From: Octopus sinensis
Taxonomy: Eukaryota
Length of the DNA stretch: 64,000 bases
NCBI RefSeq assembly: GCF_006345805.1
Contig: NC_043010.1
Span: 25,172,001 to 25,236,000, forward strand
Direction: 5' to 3'
Made by a program: the position numbers and the translations under genes. Of this stretch, positions 38,293 through 50,929 are shown one piece after another; positions within the stretch are counted from its first letter, which is position 1; every line of letters begins with the position of its first letter. Below the pieces are notes generated by a model. It searched no databases. It saw only the letters and a list, made by a program, of their open reading frames with translations, and had not been told where the DNA came from.

Positions 38293-38358
38293 AATTATGA
38301 AAATACTCTTGTCCTTTAATGCTTCTGTTAATGCTAAAGATGATAGTGGGAAAACAGC
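38293..38358 (+). CDS. FANK1: FANK1 coding exon 5 (ankyrin)
   Basis: IMKILLSFNASVNAKDDSGKT; ttattttag acceptor, GC|GTAAGT donor (phase 2). Confidence 0.92.
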
Positions 38359-38814
38359 GTAAGTATTCAGAAACTGGTTTTATTTATTCACCAATAATGA
38401 TAGCAGAGAACAGGGATTTAATGACTGCATTTTTGCATCTTGGCACATTAGTAGTAGCAGTAACTTCACAAAACTTAGCAGTCACTGACTGATTTTTTGC
38501 ACTAAAGATTTCCTCCTTTCTGTAGGTAAATACTCTAATTTGGAATAAAGTGAATCTAGAGTAAAAGGTAGACTAACATATATTTCTTTTCCAAGAAAGA
38601 AAACAAACTACAATGTATAAGAAAATGCAGAGTATTTGATATATGAGTGAAAGTATAGGGAAATTTTGTTAACACACCATAACACATATGAATTACATAA
38701 TTGCTATATAAGGAATTATAACTTTAAGAAAATTGCAAAAATGAATATTCCATCATCATGATCATCATTATTGTCATCATCATCATCGTCATTGTTATGA
38801 CTTAACATCCATGT

Positions 38815-39190
38815 AGGTGTAGGAGTGGCTGTGTGGTAAGTAGCTTGTTTACCAACCACATGGTTCCAGGTTCAGTCCCACTGTGTGGCACCTTGGGCAA
38901 GTGTCTTCTACTATAGCCTCAGTTCAACCAAAGCCTTGTGAGTGGATTTGGTAGACAGAAACTGAAAGAAGCCTGTCGTATATATGTATATATATGTGTT
39001 TGTGTGTCTGTCCCCCCCCCCCCCATCGCTTGAGAATTGATGCTGGTGTGTTTACGTCACCGTAACTTAGCGGTTCAGCAAAAGAGACCGATAGAATAAG
39101 TACTAGGCTTACAAAGAATAAGTCCTAGGGGCGATTTGCTCGACTAAAAGTGGTGCTCCAGCATGGCCACAGGTAAAAGAGTAAAGAGTA
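38815..39190 (+). mobile_element. tRNA-derived SINE, family A, inserted in an RTE tail fragment
   Basis: Full head aggagtggctgtgtggtaag and tail aaagagtaaagagt; flanks continue an RTE 3' end, with atgt on both sides. Confidence 0.9.
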
Positions 39191-39729
39191 TGTTCCATGC
39201 TGACATGGGTTAGAGAGTTTAAAAGGATCTGACAGGCTCAATGACTGCATTGTGCTTCAGTGTCTGCTTTGGTATGGTTTCTATGGCTGGATGCCCTTCC
39301 TAATGCCAACCACTTTACAGTGTGTAATGGGTGCTTTTTTTTTCTTGTCACCAGTGCTAGTGTAGTTGTAATGCAGCTTGCAAAAACAGAAATCCTGAGG
39401 GGAAAACTTTATGCTACGAGATGAGAGGCAAAAGATGAGTGAAAGTACAAGCGAAAGGGCCTGAGCAGAACAGGTTTCTTGTGCTGGATGCATGCGTGTG
39501 TGTGTGTGTATGTGTGTGATCATCATCACCATTTAACATTCCATACTGGAGTGTCTATCAATATGCCTAGCAGAGATGATCAGTTTATATTAATTAAGCA
39601 TAACGAAGCATTCAAGGAGTGCAAGAACAACAAGAAATCTGATAAGGAAGTTGTCGTTAGAGAATCTGAAAGAAATGAGACACAACTATAGTGAAGATAT
39701 ATTTAATGAGAGAAGTTTTCATGCAAGAT

Positions 39730-40855
39730 GACTGAATGCATTAAGCAGAGGTATTGCATCAAGTGTTGTCAACAGTTTAGTAATATTCAAGTCTGAACCA
39801 TCTAGAAAATTCAGTAGGCCTTTTGTAATGATACCATGTGCAAAGCTCAGATCAGAGAGTGGTACAACTGCTTCAAACATAGCTGCACCTCAGTGAAGAG
39901 TAAAACACACTCAGACAGGCCATCCACAAGTTGAAATGAGGAGCCAGTTGAGAAGGTTCAGCAAATAGTCATGGAAGACTACTCTGTAACAATCCAGGAA
40001 ATTGCCCATGAAGTGGGAATAAGCACAGGATCAGCACATTTCATTTTAACGGAGAATTTATGGATGCAGAGTGCCAGCGAAATTCATCCCCAAGGTGCTG
40101 CCAGAGCAACAGAAGTAATTCTGCATGGAAATTGCTCAAGATATGCTGAACTGTGCAAACCATGACCCAGACTTTATGAAAAGCATCGTCATTGGTAATG
40201 AGACATAGGTTTATAGTTACAACCCAGAAACCAAGTTCCAGTCATACCAATGGAAGCATCTATTATTACCAAGGTCTAAAAGAACACGACAGGTTCACAG
40301 CAATGTGAAGGTAATGTTGACCTGATTCTTTGACTCCATGGTATTGTGCATCATGAATACACACCACAAGGTCAATCAATCAATATGGAATACTACCTGG
40401 AGGTTACATGTCACCTTCATGATGCAATGCATTGAAAGTGGCTGGACATGCAGGCAGTGAAGAATTGGCAACATCTCCATGACAATGCACTGACCCATTC
40501 TGGCCACATAATCCAAGTTTCCTGGTCAAGAACACCATACCACTTGTTTGACAGGCCCCCTACTCTACTGACTTGGTACCGTATGACTTCTGGCTCTTTC
40601 CCACACTGAAAACCATGCAGAAAGGGAAGTGATATGAATTATAAGAGGAAATTATAAGAGAAGTGATGTCAGAACTCCTTATCATTCTAGAAAGGTCATC
40701 CCAAAGTTGTTACTAGCAGTGGCAAAACTACTGGGAGAAGTGTATGAACTTCCAAGAAGAGTATTTTGAAGGTGATTAAATAAAATCTGTGAAATGTATA
40801 AAATTATTTTATTTTTTATGCCCAAAGATTAGATAGACCTGCAACACACCTTGTA
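39730..40855 (+). mobile_element. Mariner transposon relic with 3' TIR
   Basis: IVMED...IAHEVGISTGSAH, GNET*VYSYNPETK, LHDNA and PYSTDLVPYDFWLFP motifs; ends ...gcaacacaccttg followed by TA. Confidence 0.85.
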
Positions 40856-40864
40856 TATGCATAC

Positions 40865-41610
40865 ATCATCATCATCATTATCGTTTAACATCCGCTTTCC
40901 ATGCTGGCATGGGTTGGACAGTTTGACCAAGGTCTGGCAGGCCAGTGGGCTGCATCAGGCTCCAATCTGACCTGACAATGTTTCTACAGCTGGACGACTT
41001 TCCTAACACCAACCACTCCGAGAGTCTAATGGGTGCTCTTTACATGTCACTGGCATGGGAGCCAGTCAGGGGCCCCTAGCCATGGCTACGATTTTACTTG
41101 ACACAATAGGTCTTCTCAAGTATATCATATCGCCCTACACTTCAAGGATACTTTTAAATGGGCCAATCATGCAACACTGGCATCGGCCATAGCTGCAATC
41201 TCACTTTACTTGCTGGGTCTTATCAATCAAAGCATATCTCCAAAGGTCTCGGTCATTTGTCATTGCCTCTGTTAGGCCCAATCTTCAAAGGGTGTGCTTC
41301 ACCACCTCATCCCATGTCTTCTTGGGTCTACCTTTTACACAGGTTCCTTCCACTGTTAGGGTGTGGCACTTCCTCACATAGCTGTCCTTATCCATATATA
41401 ACACATGACCATACCAGTGCAGTCGTCTCTCTTGCACCCCACATTTGAGACTTCTTATGTCCAACTTTCCTCTCAGGACGCTTACACACTGTCGTGTATG
41501 CACACTGACATTACACATCCAGCAGATCATGCTAGCTTCATTTCTTTCAAGCCTACACATGTCCTCAGCAGTCATGGCCCATGTTTCACTGCTGTGTAGC
41601 ATGGCAGTTT
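40865..41610 (-). mobile_element. 5'-truncated RTE LINE
   Basis: ORF 41285-41614: AMLHSSETW...GVQERRLHWYGHV...GRPKKTWDEVV, followed by the 3' UTR and tail. Confidence 0.9.
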
Positions 41611-41942
41611 GCATCTATATTATATATATATATATATAACAATTGCAGCATGGAAGGTGTTTGTAAGCCATTTAAGAAACACACAAAAGCCGTTCGATTC
41701 ACTTCAACATTTAAGTTTAATTTGTCAAAATATTTCCGTCGCTAAAATCCGCGACCTGACAAAAATCCGTGCTGCATCTGAGAAAGTAACAGTAAGAATA
41801 AGAACGAGCTAAGTAAGGTATTCAAGAAAATCCTGCACACTACTGGCCTTAAAATCAAAGTTGTAGAAAAGACAGGTAGGACTATCAAATTGGCATTATG
41901 CAGATCATATCCATTTGATAGAATTATAAAAATAGGATCACG

Positions 41943-43044
41943 TGTGGTCGTATCGTATAGGAGACACGGTCGCACGTGGTCATATTCTTAATGATTATTT
42001 TACAGACCATATAATACATACAGCGGCAATAGAACACAAGTGGAATGACAACAAGATTTCTTTTTGAGATATATACATTATTTATTTTACATATTTTACA
42101 ATCATGCTGATGTTGGAAGTTTGTAAGTGTTAGCATGTTTTTGTGTTCGGGAGTGCGACAGAGCAAAGCAGGTGAATGTGATTGACATAGCAACAGATAG
42201 TAGCAGATGGCTTAAGGTAGTTCTTAGAAGAACTAGAACCCAAGACAGATAATTGATTTACCGTTTATGAGGTACACGGAGTGTAATAGTTCCATATCAA
42301 GATGTTGCATCTCGTAGTTGAGATTAATTGAATCACTTGTGTTTTATCTTTCTCTTGATATGAATATACTTCCAGATATATTAACTGTAGCCGTTTTTTC
42401 GTGGTGAGATTTTCACCTAACCGCTATAGTTGAATCTGTAGTTGTCTTGTGTACAAATTAAATCTTCGTAGATAGAGACGATGTTTGGCGATGAGTTGTG
42501 TCTGTCGCTTGGTTTTTGCTGCGTCTTCATTATATATTCTGCTTGGTTATTTTTCTCTTGATATAATGGTGGTCGCTTGCCTTTCGAACTGGAACATGGT
42601 CGAGTATGCTCTGTGTGGTCAAAGGTCCGCCCTGAAAAGGACTGTAACCTAAGACGAGCTCTGTGGTCAGAGGTTTAGCTCTGAAAAGGACTGTAACCTA
42701 AGACGAACTCTGTGGTCAGAGGTTAGCCCTGAAAAGAACTAGAACCAAAGACGAAAAGTGTCTGAGAACACTTCTTTATATAAGGTTTATGTGGCTCAAA
42801 CGAACTTCAGAAATGAAAAGCTGTGATTGGCTGCTTGGAACAAATGGTGCGAAAATAAGCGGAGGCAAATCGCGTCACGTGACAACCAGCGGTGCGAACG
42901 TAGTAGAGACCACGTGTCAACCAATCGGATTAGTGTTTACAACAATGTTAAACTAGCCGAAGATGTTTGTAATCTTGAACGATATTATTCTTAATGATAT
43001 TCTCAAACAGTGAAGATAACAATGAGGGAAACAATATTGCTACA
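41943..43044 (-). mobile_element. Putative solo LTR inserted in the PLE ORF
   Basis: TG...CA ends. Minus-strand order: CCAAT/E-box region, TATATAAA near 42780, three roughly 47-bp tandem repeats at 42620-42755, AATAAA near 42080. No clean TSD. Confidence 0.55.
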
Positions 43045-43052
43045 GAATCACC

Positions 43053-43475
43053 TGTCAAAGTAATTGTGCAGTATGTTCGACAAACCCACATGTAAACTGC
43101 AAAACCAAGGGCGCTGTATACCAAATTGAGTGCCAAGAAGGAGCTTGCACAACTAACTCAGAGTCATACATAGGTGAGACTTCTAGGAGTATCAATGATA
43201 GGTTCAAAGAACACCTGGACAACTACATTGAAAGGAAGCCAAACTCCATCTTCTACCAACATGCTGTAGACTGCCACAAGGGATCCTTAGGGAAACTTAA
43301 GTTGAACATCCTATCAACACATCCCACCGATGCAATGTTGAGACAGGTCACAGAAGCTGTTTGTATACAAGAATACAAACCTACTCTCAACCGAAAATCC
43401 GAACGGAGTAAACATCCAGATCCCATTCAGGAGGACCATTCTATAACCACCCCTCTCGCTCTTGTTTACATGTAA
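43053..43475 (+). CDS. Uninterrupted GIY-YIG endonuclease domain of the PLE (no start codon; absent from the ORF track)
   Basis: CQSNCAVC...GAVYQIECQEGAC...YIGETSRSINDRFKEH...EAVCIQEYKPTLN; 141 codons ending at TAA. Confidence 0.9.
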   Translation, partial: CQSNCAVCSTNPHVNCKTKGAVYQIECQEGACTTNSESYIGETSRSINDRFKEHLDNYIERKPNSIFYQHAVDCHKGSLGKLKLNILSTHPTDAMLRQVTEAVCIQEYKPTLNRKSERSKHPDPIQEDHSITTPLALVYM

Positions 43476-43959
43476 TCCTTACATACATGTTGCAACGTGT
43501 GGTGCTAAAACACTTATGTGCAATTATATATAACCGTATGAGCATACGTTGTTTGATACGTATGTGTGTGTATGGTGCTATAAAAAAAAAATTTTTTTAA
43601 TGCACATGCATACACATGAGCATGTATGGATATATGTATGTATTTATGCATATAAAAAAATAAAGAGCCCATAGGTTAATATAATCCATGTTCGGTTTTT
43701 AACCGATGCCCTTTAATCACAGCTGTGTCGTATTTTGTTTGTACGTGGGCGTGCGTATGTATGTTTATGCATGTGTGCGTGTGTGTATGTGTGTAATAGG
43801 ACATATGTATGTAGAAGTGGATAAGAATATATGAGTATTTTAAGATTATATGTATATTTATGAGTGTGTCTATATGATTGTGTCTAATTGCGTATATGTA
43901 TATGGTTATATGTGCACAGTTGCACCTAAACGTTGTATCCATTCACAGTTAGACGATGA

Positions 43960-44716
43960 TGAGAGGAACAAGCACACACCCACACATATATATATGTGTG
44001 TGCGTCTATACAAACATATGTGTGTATATATACAACCTTCAACAAAGTAATAGTCATGTACACAACTTGGACGGACACATACCAGTACACGGACATACGT
44101 TCACATGCATATACACATGTACACACACACACACAGATGCGTCTGCCCATTCTCCTAGATACTCACATACATACGTAGCACATGAGTACAAACATACATA
44201 CATACCTACGTATGGGCATACACACGTCATTACACATGTACATGTACGCACACACATACATAGGCACATGCATACATGCGTGTATACATACATACACACA
44301 TGCGTACGTACGTGCATACACACATACATACATACATACATACGTATATATATTTAACCTGAACTAACTAGATGTAAGGGAGAAAAAAAAACAATAGTAA
44401 AACAAAAGTTTTGTGATATAGAGATAAATGTCTGATAATAGGTTTTAGAGTTTTGTTTTGGGGGTGAGGGTCGTAAATCACTTCCTAGTTTCGGCGGGGG
44501 GGGGAGGTTAAAATTTGATATTATTGTGATGAGTGGTCAGTCTACATCTATCCATCACTACAGGTTTATAGCTTTAAGTTTATAGTGTGTATGTGCGTGC
44601 ATATACACACACATACTTACATACATACATACATACACACAGGTGTATATACATACATACATGCATGCATACATGCGTACATACATACATACACACATAC
44701 ATACGTACATATATAT
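43960..44716. repeat. Degenerate (TACA)/(CA)/(TG) simple-repeat tract
   Basis: Seen directly; source of many spurious ORFs. Confidence 0.95.
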
Positions 44717-44755
44717 GACGAACTAACTGTTACTTTCTCAGATGCAGCACGGATT

Positions 44756-44805
44756 TTTGTCAGTGAACAGGTCGCGGATTTTAGCGACGAAAATATTTTG
44801 ACAAA
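44756..44805 (+). ncRNA. Hammerhead-topology RNA with variant core GUGAACAG
   Basis: tttgtca GTGAACAG gtcgc-ggatttta-gcgac GAAA atattt tgacaaa: 7-bp stem I, 5-bp stem II, palindromic AATATT stem III. Confidence 0.6.
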
Positions 44806-44924
44806 TTAAACTTAAATGTTGAAGTGAATCGAACGGCTTTTGTGTATTTCTTAAATGGCTTACAAACACCTTCCACGCTGCAATTGTTTTCGTTCCAGTA
44901 CACGATCTCAGATCAAATCACTTG

Positions 44925-44966
<42 letters not shown>

Positions 44967-45614
44967 CCTTGCTTGCTGTAGGGAGCTTGTCTCCCTTGTC
45001 TGTTATTAGATAAGTGCTTCCCTGTGGCTAAGAGCTGTTCTGACTCATATTTCTAAAGATGCTGGTGCTGAAGAGCACCCTCAGTCACTTTAGTGATGTC
45101 CATACTTGTTCCTTCTGGTTCTAAATTGCAAAAAAGTCACCTTAATAATTTATATATATATACAGGTTAAAATAGTGAGGAAAATAAAACAAAATAAGGC
45201 AATGCAAGACAAAGACGTTTAATTTCATTTAATCTTAATAAGCAACATAAAGCATTCTCCACATGCACACACAACTTCTTTAAGTCATTCAAAACTTTCA
45301 ATTGGTCTAAGTGTAAAAAACCCAACACTTCTGATGATCATTAACATTTTAGACTCCCACATACATAACCATTTGTACCGTTATTAAATGAACAACACTA
45401 AACATTCTCTCCACATATACAGAGACCCCATCAGGCTCATAGTTCCTCTGCAGACCTATTTAATAATATATCTTAGTGCTATGGAGACTAATTTAAATTT
45501 TTAATTTCAATCTAAGCTTAATTTTAAGCATTAACTTTATTTGAACTTTAATTTAATAATAACTACTTTCCATATTTTATTTTTCTACCTTTTTTTGTGG
45601 TGGGGTTACCTCAG

Positions 45615-45829
45615 TTTAATGCATGCCTGTATCCATGGTCAGCTGGCAGCTGTGAAGATCCTGGTCCAAAATGGTGCACTCTATGAAGATTTTGATTTGG
45701 GTGGGTCTGCTCCATTGCATCATGCTGTTGATAGCTGTGACTGTGACCTAATTGAATGGATGATCAGGAATGGAGCAGATGTGAACATTCGAGATAAAAA
45801 TGCTCACTGGACTCCATTGATGCGATGTG
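45615..45829 (+). CDS. FANK1: FANK1 coding exon 6 (ankyrin)
   Basis: LMHACIHGQL...DLGGSAPLHHAVD...IEWMIRNGADV...WTPLMRC; cctcag acceptor, G|GTGAGT donor (phase 1). Confidence 0.95.
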
Positions 45830-46436
45830 GTGAGTTTTAAGTTTGCAGTTTCACTCACTTATTCAAATCTGTTTGGGGAATATATGTATATGCATAACTA
45901 TACAGTTTAATTCATAACCTGCATAGTTTCATATTCCTCAGTCAATGAAACATTCACTTTCACTGTTTATGAAGGAGTAGAAGTGCAGACATCAAATGAT
46001 GGTGTGAAGTTTAATTACATGGACAAAAAATCATGCCTTCAGAGTAGTTTGGCAGTGAAGTAATTGTGGTATTATTGATTTTGCAAGCAAGCACTATGGA
46101 GACAGCCTCAGTCCCTCCCAAGATACCTGTGTAATCCTCCTCTCTAATTCTGTTGACGTAGCGAAGACAACCTTTGTATCAAGCCACATCAGATCACCAT
46201 ATTCCTCTCATTTGGTAGATAACACCTTCCTCCTTTCTCTAACCAATGGAACCTACAAATGAGATTTTACAAGATACATCACAGGTCACCGATGGATGTG
46301 GGGAGTAACCTTAGATAAGAACTGATTTATGGGAGAGAGTACTTTTAATCCTTCACACATGAGATAATCTCTCTACTACTGATGCTATGACAAAAATACA
46401 CCCAGTTCACTCTTGAGAGTGATTAGTGACAAGAAC

Positions 46437-47110
46437 ATCATCATCATCATCATTTAACATCCACTTTCCATGCTGACATGGGTTGGAAGATTTGACTGAG
46501 GACTGGCAAGCTAGGGGGCTGCACCAGGTTCCAATCTGATCTGGCAAGGTTTCTACAGATAGATGCCCTTCCTAATGCCAACCACTCCAAGAGTGTAGTG
46601 GATGCTTTTTACATGCCACCAGCATGGGAGCCAGTCAGGTGTCACTGGCATCAACCATGCTCAAATGGTTTTTTACATGTCACCAGCGTGGGTGCCACTA
46701 GGTGGTACTGGCATTAGCCACAACAATGATTTCACTTGACTCAACAGGTCTTCTTGAGCACAGCATATTGCCCGACAATTGAAAGGTACTCTTAAATGGT
46801 CTAGTTATGCAACACTGGCATAAGCCATGGCTATGGTCTCACTTAGCTTGCTGGGTCTCCTCAAGTACAGTGTGTTTCCAAAGGTTTCGGTCACTTGTCA
46901 TTGCCTCTGTGAGGTCTAGGTCATGCTTCATTATCTCATCCCAAGTCTTCCTGGGTCTACCTCTTCCACAGGTACCCTCCACTGTTAGGGTGTGACACTT
47001 CTTCACACAGCTGTCCTCATCCATATGTAACACATAACCATACCACATCTGATGCTTCTTATGTCTAACTTTTCTCTCAGGGCGCTTACACTCTGTCATG
47101 TATGCACATG
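46437..47110 (-). mobile_element. 5'-truncated RTE LINE
   Basis: ORF 46839-47171: WYGYVLHMDEDSCVKKC...GRGRPRKTWDE, followed by the 3' UTR and tail. Confidence 0.88.
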
Positions 47111-47343
47111 TAACTAAAATGAACTGTTTGAGAAAAACATTGACTCTGTTAACTGCATTGCAGGATACCAATTTAGAAGGGCTTATGAAAGACTTAAGAT
47201 ATTTTTGCCCCCATTGAAATATATGTACTCATAAATAGTGTCCTGTTGGTTATATTAAGTAATTTTCCTCCAAGTTGCTATCAAGTAATATTTATATATG
47301 TATTATTAACATGATGCTTGCTTTTCCCTAATTGTTTTTTCAG

Positions 47344-47516
47344 CTTCTCTACATGGTAACAAATTAATTGCTCTTACATTGATTCGCAATGGAGCTGACA
47401 TTGATCTCAGGGATATTGATGGCAAGACTTGCTTAATGATTGCTGTCATCAATGGCTATCAAACGTTGGTGGAAGTTCTCTTGGAAAACAATGCTAATAT
47501 TGTAATATACAATAAG
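47344..47516 (+). CDS. FANK1: FANK1 coding exon 7 (ankyrin)
   Basis: SLHGNKLIALTLIRNGADIDLRDIDGKTCLMIAVINGYQTLVEVLLENNANIVIYNK; tttttcag acceptor, AAG|GTTAGT donor (phase 0). Confidence 0.95.
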
Positions 47517-48779
47517 GTTAGTAGATGGTCATTTTCTTTATTTGTCATCATAGATCATCACCATTATTACTGCTATTGTTTAACCTCAAGTCAGCATTGA
47601 TTGAACTTACCTATGATGAAAGACATTCTGACAGTAACCAATCTATCATTTTGTATCTTAGGGACCACATCCAATCTTTTTAAGATGACAGAAGATTACT
47701 TGATGGCAATATAGATACTATTTCTATTTGTTCATCTCTCTCTCTCTGTGAAATAGAGGCCCTGCAGTGTACTGGTGCAGTTTGCATGGAGGTCCTCATT
47801 ACCTCATCACAGCAGTGTAGGACATGTTTACAGTTTGGAGAGCAGCGAGATACCCGTGTAATCCTCCTCTCTATTTCTGTTGACATAGCGAAGACAACCT
47901 TTGTGTGAACCAGTATTCTTTCAGTAACAAACGATGATCGATGTCACATCTCAAAAGACAACCACTAGATAACTTTGACAAGTGTATTAATTTGATTTAC
48001 CATCCATATTTATAAATAAAATACTACAATTAGCCATCATTTTTGATGGCACGGGGTCAGCTACTATATTATATATTCTGTAAATGTGATGATAACATTT
48101 GCAAACATCTTTGAGCAATGCAGGTTAACTCTTTAACATCAATCTCAGTAACAACTCTAAGGTTGGCTTTTACATTGATAATGTAAAGATGAAAGGCACA
48201 GGAGAAATGAGTCTGGCTGGAATAGCTGACTCTGGAGACCATTGATTTATTCACATACCTGGGCAGTAACATCACTAAACGTTGAAACTTGGGGAAATGA
48301 TGTGGAGAAGAATCTCAGCAAGGTTGTAACTGTCTAGTAGTACCTGAAACCTGTACAGTCTAACATTTCATCAAATAAGGCATCAAATATTACCTGTATA
48401 CATCCATCATCATGCTAATGGTTACTTATGTCTTGAGATAGGGATATATAGCAGACTGTCTTCCACAGATATTGACTTAAGACTATAGTAAAAATTTCTT
48501 GGTACAGCTACATCATTAATAAAGAAGTAACCTATGGGCTTTCTTCCCCATAAGACAGAAGATGCATGCCCATGTGCTAGTGGAGATATAGAAGGTGAGG
48601 CAGTCCTGTCAAGATGAGAACCATAGAGAAGGGACTGGCAGATATGGGGAGGTCCTAGCAGCAGGCTCAAAATAGGGCTTGTGACTGTGTTGGGTGAACA
48701 TTAATCATTGCAAATTCTTCTTTGAAGGCAGAAGGAAATAAGACTAAGATATGTACATCATGTATGTAAATATAAAGGG

Positions 48780-49118
48780 TAAAGACCTCCTTCGGTCATG
48801 AATGACCATGGGATTGCACTTAGAAAGTTCTCCCCCAAGGCACAAGTCCAGGCAAGGTTGTTTGTGGAAGACCAGCAGTCATCCATGCATTCCAGCCTCC
48901 CCTCTCCATACCACTGATGTTATCTGAGGGAAAGGCAAAGGGTGATACAGCTTGGCACCAGTAACATCGCAACTCATTTCTGCAGTTGCGTGAACTGGAG
49001 CAATGTGAAATAAAGTGTTTTGCTCAAGAACACAACACACACAGCCTGGTCTGGGAATCGAACTCACTACCTCATGACTATGAGCCTAATGCTCTAACCA
49101 CTGAATCATATACCTTCT
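48780..49118 (-). mobile_element. tRNA-derived SINE, family C, with conserved core
   Basis: Minus-strand head tggttagagc...gagttcgattccc followed by tgtgttcttgagcaaaacact. Confidence 0.8.
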
Positions 49119-49532
49119 CACACACATACACATATATATACACACACAAGGGGGTGCTGTAAAGTTCTTGATTTTGGTTAAAAGAAAATACAGCAGAATC
49201 AGTTAATTATTATTTTATTCAACATATTCCTCTCTTAGATTTATGCACTGGTCCTTGTAGTGGTTCTTCAGTTTTTCTAAACCCAGTAAAAGAACTTGGA
49301 AGTCCTAAACCATTTAACTAAATTGTCTGTTTATGCATGTATGTATTGATGTTAAGTATGATTATATATGTATGTTTGTTTGTATGTGTGCTCTTAAGTA
49401 CATATGTATTTTTGTAATGCAATGTGTGTGTGTGTAAACATGTTTATACATGTATATGGTCTTGTTACTTTGGAAGAAACCAGTACTATATATGAAAAAA
49501 ACCACTTTCATTTTTATCCCTCTCCCTTTCAG

Positions 49533-49577
49533 AATGGTCATACTGCATATAAATTGGCCATGTCACTTGAAAAAGAT
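49533..49577 (+). CDS. FANK1: FANK1 coding exon 8
   Basis: NGHTAYKLAMSLEKD; ctttcag acceptor, GAT|GTAAGT donor (phase 0). Confidence 0.9.
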
Positions 49578-50254
49578 GTAAGTAAATTCATAATCAAAGT
49601 TAAATCAAACATGAAATGGATCATCATCGCCCTACTTCTTCTCTTTCCCTTTCCCTTATTTCTCCTCTTCCTCTTGTTTTTGCTTACTGTTAGCTTACTT
49701 TTTCTACAAACTCCAGTTCTGATTAAGTAACTCCTAAAGCATGTAGGAAGCTAAACAAAAACAAAAAGGTGTGAAGTGCAGATCAAGAACATTTTGAGTG
49801 TGTCGTTGTTTGACTAGTGGTTTAACCATGACCATCCCTGTCTTTTTTTCTCAAGTATAATGTATATAGGACTACATTAGCCAATATATACTTTTTATAA
49901 AATACTAGGTGTAAGTTGAGGTTAATTTGACTGCATCTAACAAGTCAAGTAACCATTGTTGTTCCCTACCAAATATATTATAACCAATTGTCAATATCGT
50001 AACAACTGCTGCATCATAAATGTTATGGCTTTCTTCCACAAAGATAGAAACTAATCTAACATTAACCAGTCGCTTACTCCCTACAATTCACATGTGCAAT
50101 TACATTAGATTCAAGTTAAAATTATACCTGGCAAAACACAGCTACTTCATATTATAAGCATGCACACAAAATAAAAAGGAAATTGGTAAGGAAGCCATTA
50201 TGTGGTCACTTGATCTACGAGAAACAGCAGTCAAATTGCTCTCAAATAATACAC

Positions 50255-50480
50255 TATACTCTTTACTCTTTACTCTTTTACTTGTTTCAGTCATTTGACT
50301 GCGGCCATGCTGGAGCACCGCCTTTAGTCGAGCAAATCGACCCCGGGACTTATTCTTTGTAAGCCCAGTACTTATTCTATCGGTCTCTTTTGCCGAACCG
50401 CAAAGTGACGGGGACGTAAACACACCAGCATCGGTTGTCAAGCAATGCTAGGGGGACAAACACAAACACATACACACACA
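50255..50480 (-). mobile_element. SINE family A, 3' half
   Basis: Near-identical to 6733-6960. Confidence 0.9.
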
Positions 50481-50929
50481 TATATATATATTTTAAAAAA
50501 TGGAAGTATGCATTTCATAATTAGTACTAGATATCCTAAAAGGGATATTTTAGTAATACTAGATATCCCTAAAAGAGACATCTAATACTACTACTAAAAT
50601 GGCTGATGATCATACTGGAATGCTTTTGATCATTACAGTTTTTCATTTGGTGTACTAAAATCTCTAAACACTCTTTGTCTCTCTCTCTCACACATACATA
50701 CATGCACATACATATCTTCATAACTTTTAACATCTACTTTCCATACTTGTATAGGATGGATTTTGTTGGAGCAGATTTTCTAAAGCCAGATACCCTTCCT
50801 GTTACCAACCATCATTTTGTTTCCAAGCAAGGAGACATTTTCCTGTAGCCCAACATGTTTTCAAGAAATTATAACTAGTTTCTCCATACATATTTGGATT
50901 AGTTCATGTCCCTTCTTTTCATTTGTTAG

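Larger units (their letters stand above)
41637..44915 (+). mobile_element. Penelope-like element, 5'-truncated, with inverted terminal repeats and a nested LTR-like insert
   Basis: 41637-41800 is the reverse complement of 44727-44890. ORF piece KILHTTGLKIKVVEKTGRTIKLALCRSYPF (41830-41930) continues after the insert as a GIY-YIG domain. Confidence 0.85.

Noticed and set aside
43676-44809. Many His/Thr/Tyr- or Val/Cys-rich ORFs
   Set aside because: Translations of simple repeats.
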